A stretch of 64,000 bases of DNA from Vicugna vicugna (GCA_013265495.1 MU058791.1:436001-500000), one strand, 5' to 3'. Counted from the stretch's first letter, positions 41,491 through 56,426 are shown. Numbers and translations are program-made. The notes: generated from the letters alone by a model not told the origin.

Positions 41491-44400
41491 ATGAGACTTT
41501 AGAGGTTATCTTAGGAGGAAAATGACCTCGAAACAAGGGAAGTGACTTGCTTCTTGTTTACTAATCCAGCCTCGCTTGGCAGGAGGCAGGAAGGAGGCCG
41601 GTTAAAAGCCTCCTCTCTCCTTCACCAGATGTTTCTGAAGAAACAAGGAAGGGGGAGGTCAGCTTTACTCTGAGGGGCCTGGCGGGGGGGCAGGATGGGC
41701 TCAGCAGAATCTTCACGGAGATGCAGCCTCACACCGAGGCTTCCACCCGGCTCTCTGGGGTCGGGCGATGGGACTCCAGGCCTGGCATGGGGCTTAAATT
41801 GCACGCCCATCCTTGGAGCCTTGACTTTGGTATTCCCGGAGGAGAGTGGACAAAGGAGGGAGGTGGGAGCTGAGGCCACAGAAAGGAAGGACCAGCAGGT
41901 GCTGACGTGAGCTCTGGCAGGGCTGCCTGGGCTCCAGCCCTGGGCTCCAGCCGGCAGGGCGGGTGTGCAGGCCCCTCGCCCTTGGGCCTCCCCTGCAGAG
42001 CTGAGACCCTAAGTGACAGCAGTGCATCTCCTGTAGAGACTTTCAAGGGGTCGAATGCAGTAATCCACGAAAAGAAGAGTCCCTGATCATCTCCCCAACG
42101 TGAGCTGCCATAATTTCCTAACTGCGCCCAGGAATCTGTACTTTTCCTTTTGGGCGGTGGGGGCCTCTGACAGGTTTTAAGCAGGGTGATCTGATTGGCA
42201 TTTCTGAAAGCTCAGCCTGCGTGCAGGAGCGGGGATGAGGTGTTGGGGGTGGGGGAGGGTAGGAAGTGCAGACCAGAAGTAGAGGGAGGGCGGAGGTGGC
42301 CTGCCCAGTGCCGGCGTCTGGGGATGGAGGGGGCAGAGAGACAGTCCAGGGGTGGGGAAGCTGTGGGTCTTCGAAAGACCTGTGGGAGGAGTGAGGCAAA
42401 GGGTCAGGGGTGGCAAGGTTTTTCCCAATTTTCCAGTTTAAGGGACGGGGACGATGGTGGTGCTGGGGGAACAGGCAGATGTGAGTGGAAGAGAATGAAG
42501 AGGAAGGTGCCAGCAGTGCAGATCTGTGGTGGGCGCTTTGCTGAATGAGTCTGGAGCTCAGGAAGGAGGTCGAGCTGGAGAAGCTGACTTCACAGGCCTC
42601 CGCCTGGGTCACGTTAAAATGTGCTGGCACGTCAGCTGCAGAAATAAATGCCTCCTGACTTTAGAGGTGGGTTCTTCCCTCAGTGTTTTAGGATTTTTAC
42701 TGCACATTTCACAATTCCCAGAAGTCGTGTCGGAAAATTATAAACACGGGTACACTTGACTCCAGCATCACCAAGACGCCCTGCTGGCCTGCATTTATGA
42801 TAGACTTGTTTCTTTTATGTAAAATTGCCCCCAGACAATTTTAAAACTGATTCTGCTGAGAGCTTGCAGAAAGTGGAGTCATTATTCCAGTGAGTAGGGC
42901 TTTATCGACCTCACCGTTCTGGGGGGGGGGTGGTCCCAGCACATCCATGTGTCCAGAAAGCATCATCTCTTACTCTGCACTTGCTCTTCTGACTAATCGC
43001 GGCCGCCCACGGCTGGGGCCCCCCTGAGCCCCAAGCAGGCCACTGCAGCCAGGACAGGGCTCCTTTCAAAGCTGCCCTTGAAGGGGGCAGTCAGCCCATC
43101 TCACCAGATGTGTCCCCTGCCCCTCATGGAGGCCTTGTCTTCCTCTTGGTGGTGGATGGTAGGGGACCAGCAGGCCCCTGGCCGGTGGCCAGAGAGTAGG
43201 GAATGGCGAGAGGCAGGATGAGACCCAGTCCTGGTTCCAGAGAAGCACCTCGTCTGGGTTGTCCTGAACCTCTGCCTCCGGTTTCAGTGACTATCCTGGC
43301 TGTCAGCATCCCACGTGACACTGAGCCCCCGCGGCAACGGCAGTGTGCCCACCTGGGGGAATGTTGTGTGTTGGCCAGGCCAGAGTAGCATCTGCAGCCC
43401 CCGCCTCGGTGTCCCTGGAGACCCCTTCCCTTCTTGGGGCTCCAGCCAGCCGAGCCATGGTGACTGTAGGCATTGGGAAGGACCCCAGGAGTCCGGGATC
43501 CACACCAGGCATCACCAAGCCTGTCTAGAGGCTGGGAAATGCACCGTCAGTCTGGCAGGTAGATCAGACCACGCACAGCGCACCAACAGCAGAGGGCAAG
43601 GAGAGGTCAGTTTGATGACCTGCTTGTGGAGGGGGAGAGCAGACTGGCCTGATGAAGCATGATTTATACAGATGTCACCTGTGGTGTTAGTTCAGCGGCA
43701 AAAGCTGGGAAGAGAGAGTCCGTGACCCATGTGAGTGTGGTGCCCAGAGCTTTACGTCTGTGTGTACAGGTTCGTCAGGGACTTCTTCTGTCTCCGAGGC
43801 GTTGTTCAACTCCTAAGACAATCAGGGTGACCGCCAGGGTCCCTTCCGGTTCTAAGATTCCGTGCCTCCGGCTTTGTGAATGGTGCTGAGCTGGTGTCGC
43901 GGAGCGTCCTGTGTTGTCCCTGTGAACTCCCTGGCTGCCGGGAGCTGCAGAGAGATCGTGGTGCACGTCGGAGGGAGGTCATGTGCTGTCACACGCCTGG
44001 GTGGCTTCACCTCCTAGAAGACTGCTTAACAGGGGCTCTGGGCCACCGTGCGCCCCGCTTGGTTCTTACCTGGGACTGTGGGAAGTGAGCGTGGGACAGT
44101 CCCCAAATAATTGGAAGTTTGCCTTTTTCTCCCATCTCGGCCACACTCACCCACAGAGAAGGGAGTCTCCATGACCCCCACCCACCCCACCCTGGTCTGT
44201 TGGTTCGGAGCAGGCTCTGCCCTGCGGCGGTGCTCAGCCCGAGGAAGCCCGTACTTCCTACCACATCTGCCCCCTCGTTTCCAAGAGCTGACCAACCACG
44301 AGGGGCACTGGCATTCTCTTCTGAGGATGTCACTTTTAAAAACAGTCTGTCCCAAATAGTCTGGGTCCAGGCTGGTTTGTGTCCAGGGCCATCTAGGTCT

Positions 44401-45182
44401 GGGACCTGACGGGCTCCCTCACCTACCACTCAACTTCCAGCCAGAAAAGATGGTCAGTGTTCTTGGCATCTGTCTGCCCCTTAACTCTACTGAGACCCAA
44501 GAAATTATTTCTTAGGCATCAGACATCAGCTTAGAATTGAATAGTTTGGTGCTAAAGGGAAGGGAAGATGGATGGATTCAAGCCCATTCAAGCAAAACAC
44601 AGCTTCCTGTGTAACTGGGGGCCGTGGAGGGAGGATGGTGCTGAGGCGAGGGTGAGGAATGAGCTGGCGGGACCTCCAGGGCATCCACAAGACTGGAGAC
44701 TGAAAGCAGAGAGAGAAGCCTTCCTCCCTGCTGATGGAAGGCTGAGGTCAAGCAAGAACTACATGAAAGATTATCTGGTGAGATCAGGGACCCAGTGGAA
44801 TGTAGTGTGGCCGTGGTCCTTGCAGTTCTGAGAAGCTTGCGAGGAAATGCAGGAGCAGGTGTGCCAAACAGGGCTGAGCTGAGGCCGGGAGCCCTCTCAC
44901 TGAGCACAGAGCAGGTGGAGGGTGCTGGGGGGAGGGTGAGAGGAACACGGTGGAGCTTAGTGTACACAGAATGGAGCCAGAAGGGAGCTGTGGGCCTGGG
45001 GATGTGAGCAGGTCCATGGATCAGAGGTCCTGGAGATGCCAGAGAGAGGGGTGTGGGGAGGGAGCTGGGAGGAAGGCCCTGGGAAGGGATCCGGTGGTCA
45101 GATCAGGTAGGGACAGGCTTGAGACCTCAGAGGTGAGGCAAGGCAGATAGGAAGCTGGGGAGAGGTAGGGAGAGGAAACTGA

Positions 45183-45722
<540 letters not shown>

Positions 45723-46532
45723 TGAATTTGATGAAAATCCCCAGAACCTCACCCAAATAACTGTGCTCATTTTAACCGAAAAGGATTAAGACTTGAGGAG
45801 AGCATCGTGGTGTGAGAGGGCTGAAGTATATGATTTAACACCTCCCCTCTGTGATCCAAAAATAGCAATGCCACCATCTCTTCTTCACTTGCTATTTCTT
45901 AAGAACATAATCCCTGTTGTCTTCCTTCACTTTGCTGGGACTTTGGAGAGTCGACTTTTATCGAAGTGATATAAAGGGGGTAAAGAAAGGAAATCTGAGT
46001 TGAACTCATCCATGCTTTCTGGTAAAAAACGTGGTGGATTTGAACCATTACCTAAACGCCATGGTCTCTTCAGTGTGGGTAATTAAGAGCTGGCTGTTTT
46101 TCCACGAGAGCTGACAGAGAGAGACCGTGCAGATACAACAGTAATTCCACTGACCCACTTTATTCCAAGGAAATGCTATTAGGATAAAAGCACCAAAAAG
46201 TAGAAAATGAACACTCTTAAAATATCATACTTTAAGTTTTGGTGTTATTATAATATGCCTTTAATTCTAGAAGTCCCTTCTCTTCAATTATGGACGGAAT
46301 TGGGTTACATTTATGCCCTAATCTACATTATTATGTCAGAAGAAAACTATTTTTTTTAATCTCCAAAATATATTTTGATGGTGGGGAGGGGAGGCCAAAT
46401 GACTAGTGTGCTTTTGGAAGAAGGGGCAAGTTTCTGGAGTGTCATGAGAACGTTTTAAGAAGTTTGAACTTGGGGTCACAGCAGAAACGATAGGAGACGG
46501 TCTGAGTCTTTCCTCGTTGACTGGAATAGTGA

Positions 46533-46799
<267 letters not shown>

Positions 46800-48248
46800 T
46801 CCCATTTAATACCGCCCCCCCAAGATCCTAGGACACTACTTTTGTAAATATTTTTTTATATTTCATTACTTCATATTTATACAACTCTTGGGATTATCAT
46901 GGCCATTTTTAGGTGAGAAACCTGTGGCTCAAGCCCCGCTCAGCCATGGGTGTCCGGACAATAGCCCAGATGCTTTCTGACCCACTCCCCGTGTTCTGAT
47001 TGGCTTTTCATTTCGCATCCCCTTTAGGGGTTGAGGAAGGGATGACGGAGACTCGTGACAGCCTCATCTCATTGTCTTTTAAGATATCTTTTTTAAATGA
47101 TGATCTTTTAAGCTAATTCACAGGAAGTGCGTTGGCTTTGCGATCAAAGTAATGGTGCTAATATTCTTCTGTCCGTCACCTTTGCACGAGCGTCACATCA
47201 CCGACACGCTCCTGATTTTTCCCTCCCACGCCCCTCTGCGTTCTTGTCCTAACCTCGCGCTAGGCTTTTCCGCGGGCCCCTTGGCACTGCAGAGCGGCTG
47301 CCATCATCGTCCCCAAAGGCCCTCATCTCAGCCCTTGAGACCCTTCAGCTTGGTCTCACTCCGGGCATCACACTCCTTCCCATGCGCCTCAAAAGGGGTC
47401 GGTTCCTTTCCTCTCAAAATAGTGCTCCCATCGCATTCCGGAATGTCCAGCCTTTAAATTCTCCCAGGAAGTCTCCACAAGCGTCCCCTGATAGTCGCAC
47501 GCTGCTTAAACCCACGTTTACATCTCCGGGCACATCCTTCCCACCTTCTCGTCAAAAGGAACCCCACTATCGCGCATTGCTTTGAAGTTTCGGACAGCAG
47601 CCCTGACCACAGCGAAGCCATCTGAGTTATGTGTTTATGCACATCCCTGTGCTCCAGCCCACAAAGCTCACGGGGGCAGGGCGGGGGTGCACCTCCGGCG
47701 CCGGGAGACACAGGGTCGTTCCCATCAGGCCAGCGCATCTGCTCGGGGGCAGCAGTGGAGGGACGGCCCACGAGGGATGATCTAGGCCAGGGGGCTGCTG
47801 AGTTCCCACGGGCCTTGGTCAGCAGCCCCGTGTCAGTGTCCTCTGAGTCACAAACGCTTCTCAGCCAAGAGTCCAGACCACAGGCCAAGCTGGGGTCACA
47901 AAAGGGTATCACATTCTTTATTTACTCTTAAAGTCCCTGCTTCACGGAGCTGCTGTAAGAAATAGACACTTCTTAGAAAGATGGTGTATGTTCCATACCT
48001 AACCTGATGCCGAGCACATAGTAAGTGCTCAGTAAATGGAACCTGTGGTATGGTGGTTAAGCCACGCTGTATCTCGTATCCAAATACAAAGCAGTCATAA
48101 TTATTACAACGAAACAAGGAGGGGAGACTTGGGTCTAAGAAGAATTTGGATACACTGCAGATGTTCTCCCACAAGCAGGTAAAAATGTAGTCAAGCACAC
48201 AAAAGTTTGCCCCCTGCCACCAACCCTTGCAGCGGGAAGGAGGACTGA

Positions 48249-48404
<156 letters not shown>

Positions 48405-50157
48405 CTGGCCCTGGAGGTGGGGCCCAGGGGGCGGGCCAGGGAAGGGGGCCCCCCTGAGGACCACCAGCGCCACCAGCCACTCCAGAGCGATCCCACCTTG
48501 CACCGGGCGCCTCCCTGCACAGGACTGGAAGACAGAAGTTTTTTTACGGCCATATTTTATACTGCAATTCTGAAGTGTTCATTTCTCACTAACTTTACTG
48601 ACTCAAGGGAGCTGACTTCATAGGCTCTGGTGCTGTATATAGGACTCTCGCAAGGCTCTGGTAGAACGGATTATTTCCCAGTCCTCTCCCCTGCCGTTTC
48701 TGCTCTTCCCAGTAGAGGTAACCATCTGTGTTGTATTTTTTCATTCATGACAAAAAAAAGGTTTCAACTGGATTATTTAAGTATTGGTAAATATTGTGCA
48801 TTAGGGTTTTTTTTTCCTTCTAAGAAATACGTCCTCTCGAGCTGTACTTCTTAGTTCCACGAGCAATTTCTTACGCTTGTCCGTGGTAGAATTTTATGTT
48901 AACCTTTACGAGATTTTTTTTTCCTCCAAAGGGAATTTTAAGAAATTACAATTTTAAAAATTGTAACAAGAGGATTGATCGAGAATCTGTCTCCAAGGTG
49001 AAGAATGCACTTTACTTCAATTCCTTCTCTTTCTCTCCCCTTCTTCCCTGGAGGGGCAGCTCTCTGAGAAAACAGCTCAGCCGTTCTGCCGTCTTCTCCC
49101 CCAGGGTGCTGTGGGAGGGGACCTGCAGAGGAACCTTCCTGGCAGCTCCCCCAGCAAACCCCTCTCTGAGTGGAGACCCTCGGGGCCTCTCGCCATCAGC
49201 GTTCAGAAATGAAGAAGCCTGCTTCCCCCAGACAAAAGGCTAGCCTCGTGGTGAAGGAGATGGACCCCTGCCCACCCCCGACCCCAGCAAAGATTTAAGA
49301 GCCTCCCCAACTGAAGGAGCAAGATGCCATCCTGTTGAGAGTGAATTGCACATGCAGCTCTCATTTCTCTCGAGGAGGATGACGCATGAAGGCCCTGCTC
49401 CCAGCGATTCAGTTTTAAAATTTATCTGTTTTTTTAAAAAATGCATTTCTCACCTTACAACTGAGAACAGCCTCCAGCTCACACAAGTTGTCTCTGCGGA
49501 TTTCTGCCCTGTTCTCAGAGGATGGTGGTCCAGGGGAGGAGAGGGGAGCGGCCTTGGAAAGACACTGTTTTTCAGGATGGTGAGGAGCAGGGACCGCCTG
49601 GCAAGCAGGACACCCGCCGCTACAGTGATGGCCAGAGATCCACCCAGCCAGTGCTGGAAGCCATCCCTCTGACCAAGGGAATCCAGAAACCAAAGACCTG
49701 TGATGGCGAGGTCGCCAAAGATCCCAGTTTGCTGAGGACTGAAGGCTTTCCTGGGATGAAGGACTTTCAGTGCTGAAACCAGCCAAACTGGATAAGAGTG
49801 TGGGACTGAGGGAGCACAGCGTGAAAACCAGGGCAAACCACTTTTCCAGGGGGCTTCAAGGATGCTCTCTTGAAGAGGCGAGCAGGTGGCGGCTCCAAAC
49901 GTCTGCTTTGCAAAAGCCCTCCCTCAGCCCTTATGCCCGTGCGGCACCTTGAGTCTGCATCCAGAGTCAGCCTCTAGCCCGCCGCCGGCCCCTGTCCACC
50001 TGCGTGAGGGTCCAGGGACTTTCTGGGCCCATGTCCTTATGCTCTTCTCCCACAGTTGGCCAGACTCGGCAGATGCTGTTGGTCAGGCCACCTTTGTCAC
50101 TTCCACCCCTCTGCCCAGGTCCAGGTCAGATGTTCAGTGATGGCCACCCCAACACAG

Positions 50158-50160
<3 letters not shown>

Positions 50161-50194
<34 letters not shown>
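50161..50194 (+). repeat. (CA)17 microsatellite in the 3'UTR
   Basis: Direct reading. Confidence 0.97.
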
Positions 50195-50198
<4 letters not shown>

Positions 50199-53100
50199 CA
50201 TTAAGCATAACAGCTCCATTCTGCCTCCTTTAGGGAAGACAGGCATCTGGTCTACTCTGCATCCACATGCTTCGCAGACACTCAGCCCCTCAACAGGAAT
50301 CCTATTTGGCACCTGCCGCACACGCATCCAGAGTGAAAAGTCAAAGCTCCGCTCTTCAAAATCTGTGAAAAGGCTGGAAAAGGCTGTGAAACAATAGACC
50401 CAGTTAAGAAGGACGTGTCGCCTGGGTTGGACATGAATCCATGCCCCCCCTTGAGAAGGATGGTGGTACGGATTTTATAAACAGTGTCAGAAAACTGAGG
50501 CCTCCCTCCAAGTTTTATTAGGGGTTTATTAAGGGGTTTATTAGAATGCTGCTGACTAACGAGCGTAATGGAAAAAATCAAGTTTCTATAGTATAAGAAA
50601 ACAATGAGATACTGCAGGGGATGATAGTCTGCGTGACTTTGATACCTGTAACATGTGCGTGCAGAGTTAGCAGCTTCTTGTACTATGTGCTGTAGGCAGT
50701 CACTTGCACTTAAAAAGGCAACATCTGAAGCCAAATTTACAGGCGATTAAGTTATTCGCTGGAGCTGATATGTGAGGTGCATGTTATATGCAATTAGTTT
50801 GAAAGTATGTCCAACCTGGAAAGCACAGAAGAGTTGAAAGAAGGACGAGTTGGCCTGAAGTACATCGGGCCCCAGCAGCGTGCGGGGAGATGGTCACTGG
50901 TTTCAGCCCCAAAGTAGGCTCTGTTGAACTTGACATTGGGCGAGCCTGTAGTGTCCCGATGCCACCAGACTTAGGTTTTTTCCGATTGTTTTTGGAAGAG
51001 GAGAAAGTAACCCCGATACGGAAGAACCTTTGCTCTGTTGAGAGCGCCTCAGTGATAGAAGAATGGAAGTTCTCTTTCAACTGTATTTGGTATTATTTAC
51101 ACTTTATTACAGCAGGGAAGAGAGCTCAGTGTGCCTTTTGACAACACCTGCCAAGTGGAGGGGCAAAGTCATTGGACTGTCACTGCTGTCAAATTCCACC
51201 TATAGAAGCTGAGCCTTGCACGTGGATGTCCAGCTCACACTCCCCATCGAGGCCACTGTGTGCAGCGAGGCTAAGGGTGGACCACGGCTTCATCGCAGAC
51301 TGCCTTCCAACACCCACCCCTCTCCAGCTTGGTCTCTCCACCTTCTCAGAGCAAGTGGATTGTTTTTCTCATTTGAAATGTGTCCTTGAGTGATCTTGGC
51401 CTCCACTGCCTGTCTGTCCCTCCCTTACTTCCCTCATTTTCATCTCAGCAGTGAGGCCATTGGGGAAGCTAGCGTTTGTCTGAAACTGTGAGTGCACGCC
51501 CAGATAGGCATCTGATTGTCTTAACTGGGGGACCCTGGAGTCTGGGCCACACACTGCTGTCCCTCAGCGAGCACATGGGGTCTGCAGTGTCGGGTAAAGG
51601 CAGCTGGAGCCGAGAGAGAGAGTGCCCACTGAAGTGCACACCTCCACGGAAAACCTTTGAAGAGATACTCAGATGGACAGCAATTCCAGGGCGGCACGTG
51701 GCTGTTGCAGTAGGCAGTTCTCACCACCTCCTACTGCCCCTGACTCCATAGGAGGAAAGAAAAGATAATGACCCCTTCATGTTTCCTTTAAAAAAAAAAA
51801 GATGCAGAAAGCAGCAACCCACCCCCACCCCCCACCCAAAGGCAAGTGTGGCTTGGTGTTCTTGACCATGGCAGTGATCCCCATCACTTCTAAAATCTCA
51901 CTGCAGGAACAGGGAGCAGCCTCCCCCTGGCACAGGAGCTTCTGACCTTTGAGAAAGTCCCACTGTCCAGCTAGCTCTTAGCATAGTGTCCAAGGAGCTG
52001 GGCAGTCAGGCTTGGAGTTAAACAGGCAAGGCTTGGGCGCTTAAGGAACATGAGCTGATGAAAGGGATTTGGCATATGACCTCCAGACTCAGTTTACCTG
52101 CCCAGCACTAATCTCCTCTTGTTCATTTGTCTCCCGTGGTATCCAGCATATCCCAGGCGAGATTGTGAGTAAGACAGGGGGACCCCCCCCATTTAAAACA
52201 GACCAGGGGACACCAGAGACAAAGGGAGGGAACCCAAGTGACCCCTCTTGAGAACAGGGGCTGACCCTCTCTCTGGAGAAGTGACGGCATAATCTTATTA
52301 ACCCCTGGAGTTTGATCTTTCATGAGCAATATTAAACAGAAAGGAAAGGCCATATTCCGGTGGAGATAACTCAGTATTTTAAGGCTTTGGCTACCACGTC
52401 CCTGTGACCCACCCAGAACCCAGTCCAGTGTTAATTCTTCACCTTGGAGAAGCCACGTGGGAACCATCGCTCAGGGCTGAAGGCAGGAGGAGGAGGGTTG
52501 TGGCCTCTGTGCTGCACCCGCAACTCTCCAACTTGGTGTGACTTCCACAAGCTCACTGCTGGGTTTCCTCTGGATGTGAGAAGGAACAGCACGGTCCAGC
52601 CAAGGGCACCTCCTCCCACTTCCATTAACAGAAATAAGACGTACTCTTCCCCAGGGTCGCACAATCACTCCTGGCAAAGGAAACGAAGGCCCTCCGATTC
52701 AGCCGGTGCACGACGCCTCTGCATGTTCTGAAACAGCACCACTCCCCATTCTGCGCAGTCACACTCTGAAAAGCTGGCCTTTTCCTTAAACACATTCCAG
52801 ACCAAACACTGTTCAGTTTGTTTGTTTTTTTTTTTTTAAATGTATATACCTGTATGTAACCCACCACTCTTTGCAAGGGGCTGGGGGCTGGTTGGGGCTG
52901 CAAGTGTACCTGTCACTGGCCAAAAAGTGTTCCAGTCTTTGGTTTTCAGAATTGAAAATCAACATTTTCAGATAGGAAAGGTGAACTGGGCAGATTTCTG
53001 AAAGAGGAGCTTGCTTCCTGACAATGCCAAGGAAACTAGTGCGCGGATGAGATCGCTTGGAAACCTCTACGCTGGACAGTAGGCAGGGATGAGGAGGAGG

Positions 53101-54199
53101 ATAGAGGCCTGAGCCCCCTGCGGCCCCCACCTTCATTGTGGTCTGCGTGCATCGCGATCTGCAGCCCAGGCGTGGGCCCAGGAGCCCAGCCCCACTGTGA
53201 AGTCGGCCCCGCATGCTGGCCGCGGCCTGGCCCGCCTCCTGCACTGCATCGCACCGACTCAGACGGGAAGAAACACCAGCCCTTCCTGCCTTCCCTGCCA
53301 CCTGCAGCAGGAGCAGCTCGGCTTGTGGCTCCAGGGGCCTCTGCTTCTGCAAACCCAAAGGCTGTGCATTTGGCAGCCAACCCTGCAGCATGTGGCTGCC
53401 AGGCCTGGTTTCGTGGACAAAGTGTGGAATGGCTTCTCAGTATCTGTATCTCTCTACACCAAAGGGACTAACTATTGCATTTCCCCCTTTGTACCAATGC
53501 TGCTTCTGCATTCGCCGTCTCCATTTTAAACCTTTTGGTCTCCAAGGAACTTCTCCTATGTTGATTATGTCTTCTGATGATTTACCAACTTATTTTACTT
53601 TGAGGTGATTTTATTTTCTTGTGGACAAGAAAAAAGAAAGTGAAAGGAGTGTTTGAGGTTTTAGTCAGAGAGATAAGATCACCAGGGAATCAAAAGCCCC
53701 GAACACTAGATAAATTACTTCGCAAAGGAAAACCTTCTCCTGGACAGACGGGGGGTCGCTGACCCTCACAGTAGCCCTGCATTTGGTGGGGCAGGCGTGC
53801 TGGGGCAGGGCTGGCAGCCAGCTTTTTGACATGTTCCAAAAACATGTTCCAAAAACAAAAACATCTTGTCCATGACAACAATGCTGCAACATTGCAGCAT
53901 TTCAGAGGACATTTATCTCAGCCCCACGTTGAGGTTGGAAGACAAAAAAAAAAAAAAGGTACATTCTGTCCAGAATACAATTGGGAACAATTTCTAAATT
54001 GGCTTTGGTCACCGCACATAGCGGCATAGGCCTTCTTGCAGCTCTCCCAGCAGTGAGCACGTTTTCCAAAAGCTTATGACGTCAAACCCAGGAATGTCCC
54101 CCCGTGTCTATTGTTACCAGGCTTGCAACTGGTTCAAATTTTCTGTAAAAAACATGCTTGTCCAAAAGAAGGGAAACTGTGCATTTATTCCGTGCATGT

Positions 54200-54205
54200 A
54201 ATAAA
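54200..54205 (+). terminator. Possible proximal tandem polyadenylation signal
   Basis: AATAAA overlapping a TGTA motif (tgtaataaa); weaker downstream element. Confidence 0.4.
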
Positions 54206-54356
54206 CTCTGCAAGAAGTTTACCCCCCACGGGTTGCGGCACTGCGAAACTGTCAACGGGCCTGTGTAGCAAATGATTCTCTGCCTTGACAATCATGTACA
54301 CATATCAAGATTTCTATCATAATGATAATGAGACTGATGACTTCTTGTTTTCCTCC

Positions 54357-54362
54357 AATAAA
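54357..54362 (+). terminator. Probable distal polyadenylation signal
   Basis: AATAAA with upstream TGTA (54295) and a downstream GT/T-rich tract (gtttgtttttgccgtg, ~54391-54406). Confidence 0.7.
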
Positions 54363-56045
54363 GACAGTTAATCACCTTCAGATATATGAAGTTTGTTTTT
54401 GCCGTGCGGGGTTGGGAGGGCTGTTTCTGCCACTCTTTTCTCCTCTCTCTGAAATTTGGATTTGAAGGAAGGAGTTTGAATTGAGCCCCTGGAAGCTCAT
54501 AAGGGTCCCTGAATACTTCATATCACGGCCCAGTGGGCAGGAAGGCCGGGGAGGGGGCAGGCAGACACATCTTGGCTTCAAGGCTTGTGGTGGGTGCTCA
54601 GCCCCCCCTGCTCCTTGCTGCTGTCAGAAGGTGGCTGGAGGTGGGCCCAGACAGCCGGATCACACTAACTAGATATTCTTGAGTCATTTGGAGGAAAAGC
54701 CAGCACTGATTTCCAGGAAGACCTCTCTGAGTAGCACACGCCCACACGCATCCATGTCCTCAGCACAGCCTTGGAATTCTTGGTGCCCAAAGGACAATTG
54801 GTTTCTGATCGGAAGGCTGGCTGCTGCTATCACTGTTGGGGGTGCGGGGAATTTAGGGACTACAGCTCATAGCTCATTAAATATATGATGGGAATTGGGT
54901 CTGATGACCAGATAATTCTTCCAGTCCACATAGTAAGTGGTCATGAAGTGGGGAAGAGTGAATTGGATGTGTGTTATAGAAATGCAGGATCAACACTGTC
55001 CCATACAGCCAGCAGCAAGTGAAAACAGCGTGGGCCTTAGTGGAAATAAGTGAGTCCCAAAGAAATGCAGTGTACACCCCCTGATGTCTGATGTCTAGTT
55101 CTCTCTTGGCTGATGTGCCTTCTCTCATCCCAGGCCCTACTTAGGCGGTGTAATATAACAAAGGGTTCATTCAGTCGGTGCACAGGTGACATTGTCAGTG
55201 CAGATTTTACAGAACAAAGGAACTTTAGTAGCCTAACCACTTTTGAAAACTATTTGTAAAAATTTATTAAAGAGAGGGCTCACCCACCGTGACTGAAAAT
55301 TTAGCTAAAGACAACGCACAGGAGTATAAAACTGATCCTAATAGAAAGCTGGTATTTATTAGGGCCTTAGAGTTAGAAAGTTTAAGCTCACTTTCTTTTT
55401 GCTGGGCTCCAGTCACATTGACCAGGCCAGCACCTCCAGACACCTCGCAAGACAGTCACTGAACCTCCCTGTGGCTCAAAAAAGTGTTCAACGTGCACTG
55501 AAATTCACCCTAAATTTCTTACACTTTTTTCAGATAAATTTTGGTCTTACATATTCCCTTGGGATGCTCCATCACTGGCCATAACACACTTAAGGAGCCA
55601 AAAGTACAAGAATTAAGCAAAAGCCTGCCTGTGTAGATACAGGACTGTCCATCTGGAAAGGAATCATGACAGATCACAGCAAGCAGACAGTGTGATGCCA
55701 AAGAGGGGTACAAATCGTGCACAGCCAAAACCTCCCAGCTCTCTGTGCCCCCGAGGAGGATGGCTGTAACAAAACTCTACTTCATAAAGAAACGTTCTGA
55801 AATCGGAGTGTCTTCAAATCATGTACACGGCAAGCCATTTGGCTGGAGTGGTTGTGGTCCTATGTACGTACTTAGCTGTGCTGGTGTCCCCTCGTTAGAG
55901 AAAGACCAAAGAAGAGCCCCCCCCAGCCCCCTCTTTTTTTTACATATATGGTTGCAAAACCTATGCTGAGCCCCCAGAACGTGTAATCCTCAAAAGAGCA
56001 CCCCAATAACATAACAAGGAGAGTGTGTGTGTGTCAGCGTGTGCG

Positions 56046-56426
56046 TGTTGTTCACGTAAAACAATAAAACAGCCAGCTATTTGACCAGCAAAACAGATTT
56101 ATTCAGGCACAACAAAGAACAGCTATTCAGGACATGCACCTGTGGCAAGCCACATGCAAGTCCAGTACAGCAATAGAGAGGAAACTCTTTTAGAGGAGAA
56201 GGGGGCGTTGAGAGGGGCTGTAACAAACAAGAAGTCCATGGAGGAAAGCTGGAGTTAGAAGTGTCATGGCTTTTTATTGGCTGAGTTGTAACAGTCTCTC
56301 ATCGGCTGAGCTGTTGCCAGTCAGGGAGAAAATCTTCCTTCTTCCTGCTGGTGGTTGTAAAGAAGTGTCACTTCCAGCCAGAGATGCAAAGTATGCGTCA
56401 TCCTGTTGGAATCCGTAGTGATGTCA
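56046..56426 (-). mobile_element. Probable ERV solo LTR (family not identified)
   Basis: TG...CA ends, minus-strand AATAAA (tttatt ~56098) and CCAAT-like attggctgag repeats; no clear TSD. Confidence 0.55.

Larger units (their letters stand above)
48405..54385 (+). other. CAMK1D: Long (~6 kb) CAMK1D 3'UTR
   Basis: Repeat-poor sequence after the stop; I saw no AATAAA until 54200 and 54357; 3' end approximate. Confidence 0.7.

Noticed and set aside
52813..53391. 192-aa antisense ORF and several overlapping ORFs in a GC-rich 3'UTR patch
   Set aside because: Stop-codon scarcity is explained by high GC; low-complexity Ala/Gly/Pro translation.
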